Part shown: in pieces, positions 1 through 9,888 of the stretch
Layout: the number at the start of each line of letters is the position of its first letter
How positions within the stretch are numbered: position 1 is the stretch's first letter
Assembly (NCBI GenBank): GCA_964640635.1
Contig: CAZXFD010000002.1
Span: 179,115 to 243,114 of the forward strand
DNA: 64,000 nucleotides
Direction of reading: 5' to 3'
Origin: an uncultured Gammaproteobacteria bacterium
Lineage (GTDB): Bacteria > Patescibacteriota > Patescibacteriia > UBA1558 > S5-K13
Translations under genes and position numbers: made by a program
The notes under the pieces: model-generated
Told to the model about the DNA's origin: nothing
The model's database searches: none
What the model saw: the letters and a program-made list of their open reading frames with translations, nothing else

Positions 1-326
1 ACGTATGGATGTTCATTTTGATAAGCAAGTTTCACAGCCCTCTCAATAATCTTCTGACACTCATTAGAAAAAATTGGAATTCCATTTTTATTTATATCAT
101 CTATATTAGAATTCTTTGCTATCTCTATTTTCAAATCATTCTCACTAATTCCAATATCACTCAAAAAATTGTATGCAATTGATCCCTTATCAACAGATAA
201 AACATAAAGAATATCCCAAAAATTTATTTCCGATTTATTAAGTGTCGTTGCTAAGTCTTGTGCCTTAATTAAGGTAGACTTTAGACGCCTTGAAAACTTA
301 GCAAATATATCATTTATATTTTCCAT
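1..326 (-). CDS. clpC: ATP-dependent Clp protease ATP-binding subunit (ClpC/ClpB family), N-terminal part; runs off window start
   Basis: Hand translation from ATG at 326: MENINDIFAKFSRRLKSTLIKAQDLA...PIFSNECQKIIERAVKLAYQNEHPYV, i.e. two Clp_N repeats. Not in ORF track. Confidence 0.75.
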   Translation of the reverse strand, partial: MENINDIFAKFSRRLKSTLIKAQDLATTLNKSEINFWDILYVLSVDKGSIAYNFLSDIGISENDLKIEIAKNSNIDDINKNGIPIFSNECQKIIERAVKLAYQNEHPY

Positions 327-421
327 ATGAATAATTTACCTATTATTTAATCCTTCAAACTTCATATTCATTATATCATCACAGTACTTTATTCTAAAAC
401 ATTGAATCTCTACTGTAAAGA

Positions 422-450
422 TTGACAAAAATCAATATCTAAGATAAAGT
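422..450 (+). promoter_or_regulatory. sigma70-type promoter of HD-domain gene
   Basis: TTGACA-17 bp-TAAAGT, followed by GGAGG SD before ATG 483. Confidence 0.6.
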
Positions 451-482
451 AATATGAAAATAAAAAATATACTGGAGGAATC

Positions 483-1685
483 ATGACAAGAGAACAAGAA
501 TACTTATCTGCACTAGAGATAAGAACAATAATAGACCGGTTAGAATATTTAAGACCCCTTGTTTCTAGAGGTCCCATAAATATATCTAAACTCGCTGAAC
601 TTCTCATTGTGAAAAAATTTGTTAAATCCCTAACAGATGCAGGCTTTAATCTTAAGTTTTTGCCCCTAGGTCACGATTTTGGTCATCTATTAAGAGATTC
701 TATTCATGCCATTCTTGCGGGTCAAGATAAGAAAATTTTAAATGGAATCGACACGTTAGATCTTTTTGCTGGATCTTTCGGCGGATCGTTTCATGATGTA
801 GGATTAATACTACACGAATTTATAGAATTAACACAAAAAATATTCGGATTTATTCCTATATCCAGATACGAGGAAAAAAATAATTATATGCGCCATGCCG
901 AGTATATGGTATATCTAATTGACAAGTTCCTAGATCTTTCTTCGCTAAACTTATCAAGTATAGATGAAGAATATTTAAAACTTGCCATAAAATATGCTGT
1001 AGCAGCGCACACTAACTATCTTACGTCCTTCACTGTTGATGGAAAAATTCTTAATCCCTACAAAAGCACCTGGCAAGATGGATCTCCCATATGGTTTGTA
1101 ATATTGACCAGATGGTGTGACAGAATGGATTGTATAGGACCATATTTTACAATTAGACACTTTACAACCCTTCTCTATCACAAAGAAAAAAAGACCACAG
1201 ATTACTCAATGATTAATGGCAAAAGAGTATTCTGTGATATTGATTTCAAAAATCACATGTATCCTTTCAAGCCAAAAAACAAAGAGCAAAAATCACAAGC
1301 AACTATGAGAAGTCATTTGGAGATGTTTCTAAACTCTCAAAACAATGAAACACCGTATGGCAAAGATGACATTCTTGGATCTATAATGGTTTCTATGCGC
1401 GAATATTACAAAGACCTGGGCTGGGAAATCATAAATGCTTTAGATAGCACTGAAGATGTCAATCCTAAATTTAACTCAAGAAACCTATTCAATCTAATAA
1501 AAAAGGTTTCTAGACATCCCAAAGATGACCAAATATGGGAACTTGTAAATGAATTTGAAAACCTCCCCAATGAAAGCAAAATTCCATGGAGAAGAGCATT
1601 TCGTGTAATAAGAAAACAAATTTCGAATCTTGCTATTTCTAAAAGGAAAGAGGCCGAAGATCTTGTCAAAATAATGCTCAACTAA
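483..1685 (+). CDS. HD-domain metal-dependent phosphohydrolase-like protein
   Basis: H...HD...D pattern: GHDFGH, FHDVG, RHAE, AAH, DRMD. Confidence 0.65.
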   Translation: MTREQEYLSALEIRTIIDRLEYLRPLVSRGPINISKLAELLIVKKFVKSLTDAGFNLKFLPLGHDFGHLLRDSIHAILAGQDKKILNGIDTLDLFAGSFGGSFHDVGLILHEFIELTQKIFGFIPISRYEEKNNYMRHAEYMVYLIDKFLDLSSLNLSSIDEEYLKLAIKYAVAAHTNYLTSFTVDGKILNPYKSTWQDGSPIWFVILTRWCDRMDCIGPYFTIRHFTTLLYHKEKKTTDYSMINGKRVFCDIDFKNHMYPFKPKNKEQKSQATMRSHLEMFLNSQNNETPYGKDDILGSIMVSMREYYKDLGWEIINALDSTEDVNPKFNSRNLFNLIKKVSRHPKDDQIWELVNEFENLPNESKIPWRRAFRVIRKQISNLAISKRKEAEDLVKIMLN

Positions 1686-1695
1686 TAAAACAGTT

Positions 1696-1730
1696 CCGCT
1701 AGATCGAAGAATTTAGCGGTTTTTTTATTT
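1696..1730 (+). terminator. Rho-independent terminator
   Basis: ccgctagat...atttagcgg hairpin followed by T-run. Confidence 0.75.
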
Positions 1731-1757
1731 GACAACAATATAATTCCACGGTAAATT
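1729..1757 (+). promoter_or_regulatory. sigma70-type promoter of radical SAM gene
   Basis: TTGACA-17 bp-TAAATT overlapping the upstream terminator T-tract. Confidence 0.6.
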
Positions 1758-1786
1758 AAATTAAATTACAAATATTGGAGGAAAAA

Positions 1787-2839
1787 ATGAAAACAAATGA
1801 TTTTTCTAAATATGCAGAAAAAATATTAGCACATAGAGGGCGCGTATTAAGTTGGTTAAATAATGTTCCACCCAACCCTATCTTAATGGAGCTATATCCA
1901 AGCAACATGTGTTCTCACAAATGCCCCTATTGTCCTAATAAAAATAGTAATTCAAACGACTTCCTAACATTGGAACAAATGAAAAATTACATTTTGCAAT
2001 TTAAAAACTTGGGCGGTAGAGCAATTATTTTTTCTGGTGGTGGAGAGCCACTAGCTAATCCATCAACAAAGGAGGCATTAGCTTATGCCGCATCTCTAGG
2101 AATAGAAAATGGTCTTTTTAGTAATGCGAGTCTCTTAAATTCAGATGATTTAATAAAAACTATTCTAAATTCTTGTAAGTTTTTTAGAATTAGCCTTGAC
2201 GCAGGAAATCCAGAGTTATTTAATTTAACTCATGGCATAAAAAAAATCCACTTTGATAAGATAATAAGAAATATTAAATCTCTAACATCAATAAAGAAAC
2301 AAATAGGTTCTAAATGTCTTGTTGGTACTGGATATCTTACGGGTCAAAAAACAACCTCGATGATTGATATGGAAAGTTTCATCTTATTATCTATAGAACT
2401 CGGCGTTGATTTTGTTCAATTTAGACCCTATTTGGGAGACACTACAAACATTAATGAATCAATAGATTATTTAGAAAAAAAGTATTCTAATCAAATTATA
2501 ATACTTACGTCTAATCAAAAGTTTTCTCTATTTTCCGATCCTCGAAGAAAATACAACAAATGTCATATTGCAAATTTTATATTTACAGTAGGCGCCGATG
2601 CAAATGTTTATAGTTGTTGTCATTTAAGCTCTGCTATGGAATTATCATTGGGGAATCTAGAGAACTTAAGTCTAAAAGATATTTGGATTAATAAGGATTC
2701 CGTTATTAATAAAATAAATGTTTCAAAATGCATCATACTATGTCGTGGAAATGCAATAAATGAAACTCTTGAACAAGTTCGACAAACAAACTCTGTCCCA
2801 AGAATTAAGGGTCATATAGTCCATAAAAACTTCTTATAA
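1787..2839 (+). CDS. Radical SAM protein with SPASM/Twitch domain
   Basis: CSHKCPYC (CxxxCxxC), SGGGEP, RISLDAG, C-terminal C...GADANVYSCC...LGNL...CxxxC. Start moved to ATG 1787, which follows GGAGG. Confidence 0.9.
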   Translation: MKTNDFSKYAEKILAHRGRVLSWLNNVPPNPILMELYPSNMCSHKCPYCPNKNSNSNDFLTLEQMKNYILQFKNLGGRAIIFSGGGEPLANPSTKEALAYAASLGIENGLFSNASLLNSDDLIKTILNSCKFFRISLDAGNPELFNLTHGIKKIHFDKIIRNIKSLTSIKKQIGSKCLVGTGYLTGQKTTSMIDMESFILLSIELGVDFVQFRPYLGDTTNINESIDYLEKKYSNQIIILTSNQKFSLFSDPRRKYNKCHIANFIFTVGADANVYSCCHLSSAMELSLGNLENLSLKDIWINKDSVINKINVSKCIILCRGNAINETLEQVRQTNSVPRIKGHIVHKNFL

Positions 2840-2868
2840 AGCCGAGAATCAACTCGGCTTTTTTATTA
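2838..2868 (+). terminator. Rho-independent terminator
   Basis: aaagccgag-aatcaa-ctcggctttttt. Confidence 0.8.
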
Positions 2869-2889
2869 GAAAAGAAATAATTAATCTAA

Positions 2890-2997
2890 GCGCATTTCTA
2901 TCGGGTTGTACAACCCGATTTTTTTATTCATAAAAACAGGGATGATCCATGCCCGCTCGCCTTTGGAGAGAATCATCCCTACAGAAATGCGCCCTAT
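2890..2997. repeat. Nested GTAG-type REP-like palindrome cluster
   Basis: Outer IR gcgcatttct/agaaatgcgc encloses the palindrome atcgggttgtacaacccgat and the IR agggatgat/atcatccct(ac). Confidence 0.7.
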
Positions 2998-3012
2998 ATT
3001 TTTTATGTTAAA

Positions 3013-3900
3013 TCAAACATTCATCTGTCTTAGTTTATTTATTCTATCCTCTATTGGCGGATGTGTTGAAAACAATTTAGCAAAAGATTTTTTACCTACT
3101 CCAAATGGAGATGAAATAAATAAATGTGCAGTTGCAGTATTTGTTTTTTGCATTCCCATTTCATCTTTACTTATCTTCTCTAGTGCATTTGCAAGTCCCT
3201 CTGGATAACGCGTTAGAAGTGCGCCTGATGCATCAGCTAAATATTCACGTTTTCGCGACACTGCGAGTTGAATAAGGTTTGCAAAAATAGGAGAAAGAAT
3301 TGCCAAAACAATTCCTACTATTATAAGTATTCCGCCTCCTTTATTTTCACTATCACGACTCCTAAAAAGACTTCCTCTTATAAAAAAGTCTGCTAATAGT
3401 GATATTATTCCCACGCAAATTATTACAATAGTCATAAGACGAATATCATAATTTTTTATATGACTCATTTCATGAGCTATCACGCCTTCAAGTTCTTCAT
3501 TTTCAAGTTTTGCTATAGCACCAGTTGTAATTGCGATGCTAGAATGTTTTGGATCACGCCCTGTGGCAAAAGCATTTATAGAATCATCCGTCATAATATA
3601 TACCTTTGGCATTGGATTGCCAGATGTAATACTCAAATTTTCTACCATTCTATATACATAAGGGTTTTCATTTTTCTCTAGTTGCTTTGCACCTGCAGAA
3701 AAAAGAGCCACTTTATCGCCAGAATAATAGCTTATCATGCTCATAAAAATTGATATAAAACATATAAATATTACTCCACCATATCCCCAATTATAAGCAC
3801 GTCCAAAAATATATCCTAGCAGTGTCACAAAAACAACAAAAATAAACATTAGTAAAAATGTTTTTCTTTTATTACTACTTATTTGATTATATAAATTCAT
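3013..3900 (-). CDS. htpX: Zinc metalloprotease HtpX (M48)
   Basis: NAFATG, AHEMSH (HExxH), SRKREYLAD, STHPP. Confidence 0.95.
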   Translation of the reverse strand: MNLYNQISSNKRKTFLLMFIFVVFVTLLGYIFGRAYNWGYGGVIFICFISIFMSMISYYSGDKVALFSAGAKQLEKNENPYVYRMVENLSITSGNPMPKVYIMTDDSINAFATGRDPKHSSIAITTGAIAKLENEELEGVIAHEMSHIKNYDIRLMTIVIICVGIISLLADFFIRGSLFRSRDSENKGGGILIIVGIVLAILSPIFANLIQLAVSRKREYLADASGALLTRYPEGLANALEKISKDEMGMQKTNTATAHLFISSPFGVGKKSFAKLFSTHPPIEDRINKLRQMNV

Positions 3901-3904
3901 ATTT

Positions 3905-3970
3905 TTTTGAAATTTAATAATTTGAAATTTGAAATTGATTTGTCATTTGAAAATTGAAAATTGGAAATTC
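3905..3970. repeat. Heptamer tandem repeat (aaattga/aaattgg-like)
   Basis: ttgaaat ttgaaat...gaaaatt gaaaatt ggaaatt between trpS and htpX. Confidence 0.6.
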
Positions 3971-4956
3971 TATATTAGCCCCATTTTCTTTTTTATTTCC
4001 AACATATTTCTCGTTGCAATTTTTTGAGCTTGTTTTGCACCAGAATCTAATATACTTTTTATCTTTTTTGGATTTTTCAAAAATTCTTGTTTTCTGTATT
4101 GTATTGGTTCTAATTCTTTTATAATTATCTCTGCTAATTCTGATTTAAGCTCTGAATATTTAATTGTCTTATTATTATATTGTTTTAAAAAATTATCATA
4201 TACTTCTTTAGCGTCAAAAAACAACAACAAATCAAATAAATTTTTTACGCCCTTTGACATTTCTTTATCAAAATTTGAATCTGTTACAGCGCGAGATACT
4301 TTTCTTCTAATTTCATCTGGAGTATCTGATAGCGAAATATAACTTCCGGCAATTGATTTACTCATTTTTTTATCCGGATCGTTCAATGACATTATTTTTG
4401 CACCCGTTGTAATATATGGATTTACTTTTTTAAAAAACTCTCCGAATTTATTATTGAATTTTTTAAGAATTATATTTGTAAGCTCTAAGTGTTGCGACTG
4501 ATCTTCTCCAACAGGAACAATCTCTGTTCCATACAACAAAACATCCGCAGCCATAAGAACTGGATAATCAAGAAGTCCAATATTTATATTTTTTTCATTC
4601 TTAGAAGACTTGTCTTTATACTGTGTCATTCTATATAATTCTGAAACAGGAATAATTGTATTTAGTAGCCAACAAAGCTCAGCATGTTCTTTGACACGTG
4701 ATTGCAAAAATAATATTGATTTTTTTGGATCAATTCCACAAGCCAAAAGTGTTGCCGTCAAATCAATAATTCTATCTTGATATTGTTTTGGATTATAATC
4801 AATTGTAATTGCGTGTAAATCTACAATTGAATAAATACAATTATACTCTCCCTTGTTTTGAAGATTTACCCAATTTCGTATTGCACCCAAATAATTACCA
4901 ATATGCATTTCGCCCGTTGGCTGAATACCTGAAAATAGTATTTTTTTATTAGTCAT
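3970..4956 (-). CDS. trpS: Tryptophan--tRNA ligase
   Basis: SGIQPTG, HIGN, YPVLMAADVLLY, VPVGEDQ, KMSKS. Confidence 0.98.
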   Translation of the reverse strand: MTNKKILFSGIQPTGEMHIGNYLGAIRNWVNLQNKGEYNCIYSIVDLHAITIDYNPKQYQDRIIDLTATLLACGIDPKKSILFLQSRVKEHAELCWLLNTIIPVSELYRMTQYKDKSSKNEKNINIGLLDYPVLMAADVLLYGTEIVPVGEDQSQHLELTNIILKKFNNKFGEFFKKVNPYITTGAKIMSLNDPDKKMSKSIAGSYISLSDTPDEIRRKVSRAVTDSNFDKEMSKGVKNLFDLLLFFDAKEVYDNFLKQYNNKTIKYSELKSELAEIIIKELEPIQYRKQEFLKNPKKIKSILDSGAKQAQKIATRNMLEIKKKMGLI

Positions 4957-5010
4957 ATTTTTAACAAATATAAATTAATCAATTATCCTATTAATCTATT
5001 ATACTATTAA

Positions 5011-6819
5011 TTATACTTCTATAACAACGGGAAGAACCATTGGCCTTCTTTGTGTTTCTTGAAATAAGTATTGACCTATTTGATTTCTAATTTTGTTCTT
5101 GAAATACATATCGTTTGCCATATTTTCCTTATTTCCTGTTTTTAGAATTTGTCTTACCTTATCCCTCGTTTGTTCAATAAGTTCTTTGCTTTCTTTAAGA
5201 TATATAAATCCACGAGAAATAATATCTGGACTATGAACAAGCTCTCCCGTCTTAGCAGATATAGTTGCAATGACAACAATCATTCCATCATCAGACATAA
5301 TTTTTCTATCTCGAAGCACAATGTTAGAAATATCACCAACCCCTAATCCATCTACAAATACATAATCAGCGGGAATACGCTTTGTTGTAAGTCTTCCACC
5401 GAGCTTTGTAAACTCAATGATCTGACCATTGTCAGCTATAAAGATATTTTTTGCATCTATCCCCGCTTCTTCAGCTATCTTTGCATGAATATGTAAAAAA
5501 GAATGATTACCTTCAATAGGGATAAAATATCTTGGTCTTACAAGATTTATCATAAGCTTAAGATCTTCTTTTTTAGCATGACCTCCAGCATGAACGTCCA
5601 TCATTTGATAATGAATTACTTCAGCCCCCTGTCTATACAAACTATCCTTAAGACGTTGTACAGATCTTTCATTTCCAGGAACAACAGAAGATGAAAACAC
5701 CACTGTGTCACCCTTATCTACTTTTAAAAACTTGTGATCTCTGTTTATAATTCTCATCAAAACTGCATTATCCTCTCCTTGAGCACCTGTACAACAAACA
5801 ACAATTCTGTTTGCTGGATATTCATGAAGTTCTTTTTCACTAATTATTGTATGTTTATTATAGTGAAAATATCCTAGCTGATGAGCTATTTCAATATTTG
5901 TTTTCATACTATAGCCCTCTACAAGAATTTTTTTGTTCAATTTTTCAGCAGCATTGAAAACTTGTTGTAATCTATTTAAAAGTGAAGAAAATGTTGCTAT
6001 AACAACTCTTCCTTGAGCATTTCTTATAATATCAAATAGATTTGATTTGATTTCTGACTCTGATATCTGATGTCCACTTTGTGGTGCATTTGTTGAGTCA
6101 GCCATAAGGGCAAGAACATTGTGTTCTGAAAGTTCTGCAATTTTTGCAACATCTGGAAGGTCACCAGATTCTCTATCAAAATCAAGCTTAAAGTCACCAG
6201 TATGCACTACTTTTCCAAGCGGTGTATCTACAACTATCCCCATTGAAGTTGGAATATTATGGCTTACTGCAAAAAAAGATATTTTGAAATTTCCAAGATG
6301 CAATGTATCGTCTGTTGTTACAGCCTGCAAATTAAGTGGGGATACATCCTTGAATTCTTCCATTCTTTTTTTTATTATTCCCAAGCTAAGTGCAGAGCTA
6401 TAAATTGTTGGATTTCCAAGTCTTGGAACAAGATAAGGAATTGCCCCGATATGATCCAAATGAGCATGAGTTATAACAACTCCTTTTATATTTTTTTCTT
6501 TCCCTTTTAGATATTCAATGTTTGGAATGATAAAATCGATTCCTGGCATATCTTCTTCTGGAAATTGAAGACCCATATCAATAATTATGATATCTTTTTC
6601 ATATTCTAAAAGTGTCATATTTCTACCAACCTCTTCATTTCCTCCCAAAATCATTATTTTGAGTTTTCCATGTTCAAATGTTTTAACCTCGTCTTTTTCT
6701 ACGTGAGAAACTTTATTTTTTTTCACAAAAGAAGAATCCCCTCTTTTATGAAAACCTTTGTTTTGTTTTGGAGCAAGTTTTTTTGTCATAAAACCTGCTC
6801 GTTTTGTATTTTCTACCAT
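5011..6819 (-). CDS. rnj: Ribonuclease J
   Basis: GGNEEVGRNM, THAHLDHIG, HTGDFK, beta-CASP domain, RRPMVLPV. Confidence 0.97.
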   Translation of the reverse strand: MVENTKRAGFMTKKLAPKQNKGFHKRGDSSFVKKNKVSHVEKDEVKTFEHGKLKIMILGGNEEVGRNMTLLEYEKDIIIIDMGLQFPEEDMPGIDFIIPNIEYLKGKEKNIKGVVITHAHLDHIGAIPYLVPRLGNPTIYSSALSLGIIKKRMEEFKDVSPLNLQAVTTDDTLHLGNFKISFFAVSHNIPTSMGIVVDTPLGKVVHTGDFKLDFDRESGDLPDVAKIAELSEHNVLALMADSTNAPQSGHQISESEIKSNLFDIIRNAQGRVVIATFSSLLNRLQQVFNAAEKLNKKILVEGYSMKTNIEIAHQLGYFHYNKHTIISEKELHEYPANRIVVCCTGAQGEDNAVLMRIINRDHKFLKVDKGDTVVFSSSVVPGNERSVQRLKDSLYRQGAEVIHYQMMDVHAGGHAKKEDLKLMINLVRPRYFIPIEGNHSFLHIHAKIAEEAGIDAKNIFIADNGQIIEFTKLGGRLTTKRIPADYVFVDGLGVGDISNIVLRDRKIMSDDGMIVVIATISAKTGELVHSPDIISRGFIYLKESKELIEQTRDKVRQILKTGNKENMANDMYFKNKIRNQIGQYLFQETQRRPMVLPVVIEV

Positions 6820-6928
6820 AAATTATTTTTATATCCGAGAGATAACTCAAGGACAAGTTTAAATTTTAATTACTAATTTTTACCAAACACATGTTTGATA
6901 GTACTTATTTATTTGAAGTCCAAATATT

Positions 6929-8758
6929 TTATTTTATAGATTTTTTTGATCTAATGTACCAATTTGTTACATTACTAAATCTATCAGATGGAAGATAAAC
7001 CACTTTTGTATCTATTCCTTTTATGTTTTTACTGAAAATATAGTTAAATTGTGGTCTAAATAAAAATATTGCAAAATATTGTTGCTTTAAAATATCTTCA
7101 AATTTCTGATATTTCACAGTCTTTTCTTCTAAATTAGATGTCTTTCTTGCTGATTCCAAAATAGAATCAATATCAGAATTAGCTAGTAAACTGAGATTCA
7201 ATCCATTTTGCATCTGAGAAGAATGCCAAAATGGATATGGATCAATGTCGTATGACAATAATTGTCCATGTAACAGTATTTGATATTGTCTTGGAATAAT
7301 AACCTGTGTATTAATCTTTTGTCTTGAAATAATTTCAATATTTACAGTAATACCAAGTGAATTCCATTGTTTTTTAATATATTCCAAAATTTTTACATAC
7401 TCAGCGTTATCGACGCTTGTAATTGTAATTTCAAATTTTACTTCTCCTTTTTTAAGCACGTTTTCCGTCGTGTCATATTTAAAACCATAGTCTTCTAAAT
7501 TCTTTTTAGCTTTATCAATATCATAGACATCTTCAAGTGGCGCTATTAAAAAATCTAGTGGCGCATAAGCTTCTTTATCTTTTATGCCAGCATAGATAAT
7601 AAGGTCTTTTTTATTAATAGCTAAGCTAAGTGCTTCTCTAACTTTTGTATCTTTTAAAAATGTATTTTGTTTTGGATTAAAAAATAAAGCTGTATATTTT
7701 GGAGTATCAAAGCTATTTATAAATCTACTCTTTAAACTCTTTACTTTAGAAAAATCATATTTTGACACAGAGGCTATTGCATCTACATGACCATTATTGA
7801 AAGCCTCGATAAGACTATCTGTGTCTGAATAAAATCTAAAATCTATTTCATTTATATATGGTCTTTTTTCATAGTAATCCTTGAAAGAAACAACTTTGTA
7901 TTGTTTTATAACTCCATTTGCATCTTTTTTAAAGGAATCAAACTTGAATGGCCCACTTCCAATAGGTTTTCTATTTAACTCTGTAAGCATGTAATTTTCA
8001 TAAGACACTCCTTGCCAGACATGCTCTGGCAAAATTCCAAATGTTAAAAGAGATGTAAACTGATCAAGTGGTTCTTGTAAAGTAAGTCTAAAAATATCAT
8101 CTGATTCTTGTTGAAAAACTATTCCCTGAAATGTTCTATAGAGTGGGCTTTTGAAATTAGCATCTTGAATAAGAGATAATGTAAAACCTATGTCATCTGA
8201 TCCAATAGTTTCTCCATCATGCCACAATATATTTTTTCTTAGTTTAAAAACATATGTTTTGTTTTCATTTTCCAGCCAATAATCCTCTATCAAATCTTTT
8301 TGTAATTTTCCTTCTTTATCAATTTTGAATAATCCAGAAAAAATTAATCTGCTAATGTCTCTGTCTGCATCATTTGATTGAGAAAGTATCGGATTTATAT
8401 ATTGCAGAGATCCAAGTAATCCTTCTGTATAAATCCCTCCATATACTGGGCGTTCTATCATCTTTGAAAGAGCAAATCTTAATCCAAGCCAAGAAAAAGA
8501 AATTAAAAACACAAACAAACATATATTAAAAACTTTTTTTTCTTTATTTGTAAGAAAATGTTTAATTTGTTTAAATTGTTTCGTGCTCGGAAGATGTCTA
8601 TCTGATAAAGAGGAAATAAGCTTTTTATCTTCACTATTTTTATCAAAGACGTCTTTCATTTTTTGAACAATAAAAAAATCAAAGTATCTAGATGACCTTG
8701 TATAAAGTTTTCTAAAAGACTCCTTTTTTAATAAAAAATTTTTGAATTTTCTAAGCAC
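6929..8758 (-). CDS. Peptide ABC transporter substrate-binding protein (family 5, OppA-like), membrane-anchored
   Basis: INPIL...LIFSGL, WHDG, PIGSGPFKF, N-terminal TM segment. Confidence 0.9.
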   Translation of the reverse strand: MLRKFKNFLLKKESFRKLYTRSSRYFDFFIVQKMKDVFDKNSEDKKLISSLSDRHLPSTKQFKQIKHFLTNKEKKVFNICLFVFLISFSWLGLRFALSKMIERPVYGGIYTEGLLGSLQYINPILSQSNDADRDISRLIFSGLFKIDKEGKLQKDLIEDYWLENENKTYVFKLRKNILWHDGETIGSDDIGFTLSLIQDANFKSPLYRTFQGIVFQQESDDIFRLTLQEPLDQFTSLLTFGILPEHVWQGVSYENYMLTELNRKPIGSGPFKFDSFKKDANGVIKQYKVVSFKDYYEKRPYINEIDFRFYSDTDSLIEAFNNGHVDAIASVSKYDFSKVKSLKSRFINSFDTPKYTALFFNPKQNTFLKDTKVREALSLAINKKDLIIYAGIKDKEAYAPLDFLIAPLEDVYDIDKAKKNLEDYGFKYDTTENVLKKGEVKFEITITSVDNAEYVKILEYIKKQWNSLGITVNIEIISRQKINTQVIIPRQYQILLHGQLLSYDIDPYPFWHSSQMQNGLNLSLLANSDIDSILESARKTSNLEEKTVKYQKFEDILKQQYFAIFLFRPQFNYIFSKNIKGIDTKVVYLPSDRFSNVTNWYIRSKKSIK

Positions 8759-8828
8759 TTTTGTATTCTAAAACAATAAGATAAAGCTGTTTTTATAAAA
8801 ACAGCAAACGGATATATTTAGTACACCT

Positions 8829-9044
8829 TTATTTTATAAATAAATGTGCTGCGCTTATAAGACAAAATAGCACTGCAAGTACTATAGTAAAAATATGCAT
8901 GAATTTCTCAGCACCTCTTTTTACTTGAAAAACGCTACTTCCTCCGCCAAAAACAGAAGAGAGGCCTCCACCCTTTTGCTGTAAAACTATGGCGATAATA
9001 AGTAATATCGCTACAATAATTTGTAATATATAAAGAAATTTCAT
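8829..9044 (-). CDS. secG: Preprotein translocase subunit SecG
   Basis: Two TM segments with LQQKGGGLSSVFGG...KRGAEK; likely start ATG 9044. Confidence 0.93.
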   Translation of the reverse strand: MKFLYILQIIVAILLIIAIVLQQKGGGLSSVFGGGSSVFQVKRGAEKFMHIFTIVLAVLFCLISAAHLFIK

Positions 9045-9181
9045 ATCTATATAATATACTAGCATATTGAAATAAATATGTCAATTTACTGCACAATATT
9101 GAAATTTTAAACAAAATCTTTGCTATTTTTGTAACAAATAAAAAACCTTGAATACTATTACGGCAATCAAGGTCTAAACGA

Positions 9182-9616
9182 TCATGCAAAAATTGCAACA
9201 TATATTGGTTCTGTAGAAAAGAAAGATCCATTTAAACGACAAACAAGATCAGTCCATGTTTTCCCTGATTCATTCCAGAAAATTTCAAAAACAAGATCAT
9301 CACGGCCAATACCAATACCAAAGCTACTATAAAAGGTTCCTAAAAAATAAATGCTACGATATTTCCTCCACTCCTTGGGAATCATTTCTTGATGAGCTAA
9401 AAAAAAATCCAAAAAACAACCATTAAGGGGGATTTTATTTTCTTTTTTCAATTGCTTCAACAAATCGGGTAATTTACAATATCCTCCATCAAAAATTCTT
9501 AACGTGATTTTTGCGATATCAAAAACAAATTTACCTTGTTTTTCATGCTCTGTGATTGAATACTCACGCCTAGCCAAGGGAAAACTATCCCCGTCAATAA
9601 TATGAGAGCTTACCAT
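9182..9616 (-). CDS. Hypothetical protein (SD-led orphan)
   Basis: ORF; AAGGAGG upstream of ATG 9616; TTGACA promoter upstream; hairpin plus T-run at about 9140-9176. Confidence 0.75.
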   Translation of the reverse strand: MVSSHIIDGDSFPLARREYSITEHEKQGKFVFDIAKITLRIFDGGYCKLPDLLKQLKKENKIPLNGCFLDFFLAHQEMIPKEWRKYRSIYFLGTFYSSFGIGIGRDDLVFEIFWNESGKTWTDLVCRLNGSFFSTEPIYVAIFA

Positions 9617-9775
9617 TTTAATCCTCCTTTTGGAAAATGTTAATTTACTATATATAATCATCTATAAAAAAATTTGTCAAACTAAATATCCATCCCCATC
9701 CATCTTTTCATTTACGTCTTACATCACAAAATATGCTATAATTTTATTATATACTGACAAAACTAAGAAGCTAAC

Positions 9776-9876
9776 CCTATCTGCCTACCGATCTTCGACT
9801 CTGAGAGTTGAGCTCTCAAGCTCAGACTCGAATGAGTAAGTGGGCCAACCACCTAATTCACCCCGCTATGGCGGGG
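9776..9876. repeat. Composite REP-like element (cctgcctaccg-type with cttcgactc...ctcagactcga insert) plus ccccgctatggcgggg palindrome
   Basis: 9781-9840 is a near-identical reverse complement of 15961-16020. Confidence 0.85.
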
Positions 9877-9888
9877 CAAGCTAACTCT

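Noticed and set aside
1787-2839. Prokaryotic viperin-type antiviral radical SAM
   Set aside because: It has a Cys-rich SPASM/Twitch C-terminus and no recognisable viperin motifs
2906-3208. 100-aa ORF on + strand
   Set aside because: It is made of REP palindromes plus antisense htpX; spurious
9808-9888. N-terminal extension of the YgjP-like ORF
   Set aside because: Translated REP sequence; ATG 9889 is the better start
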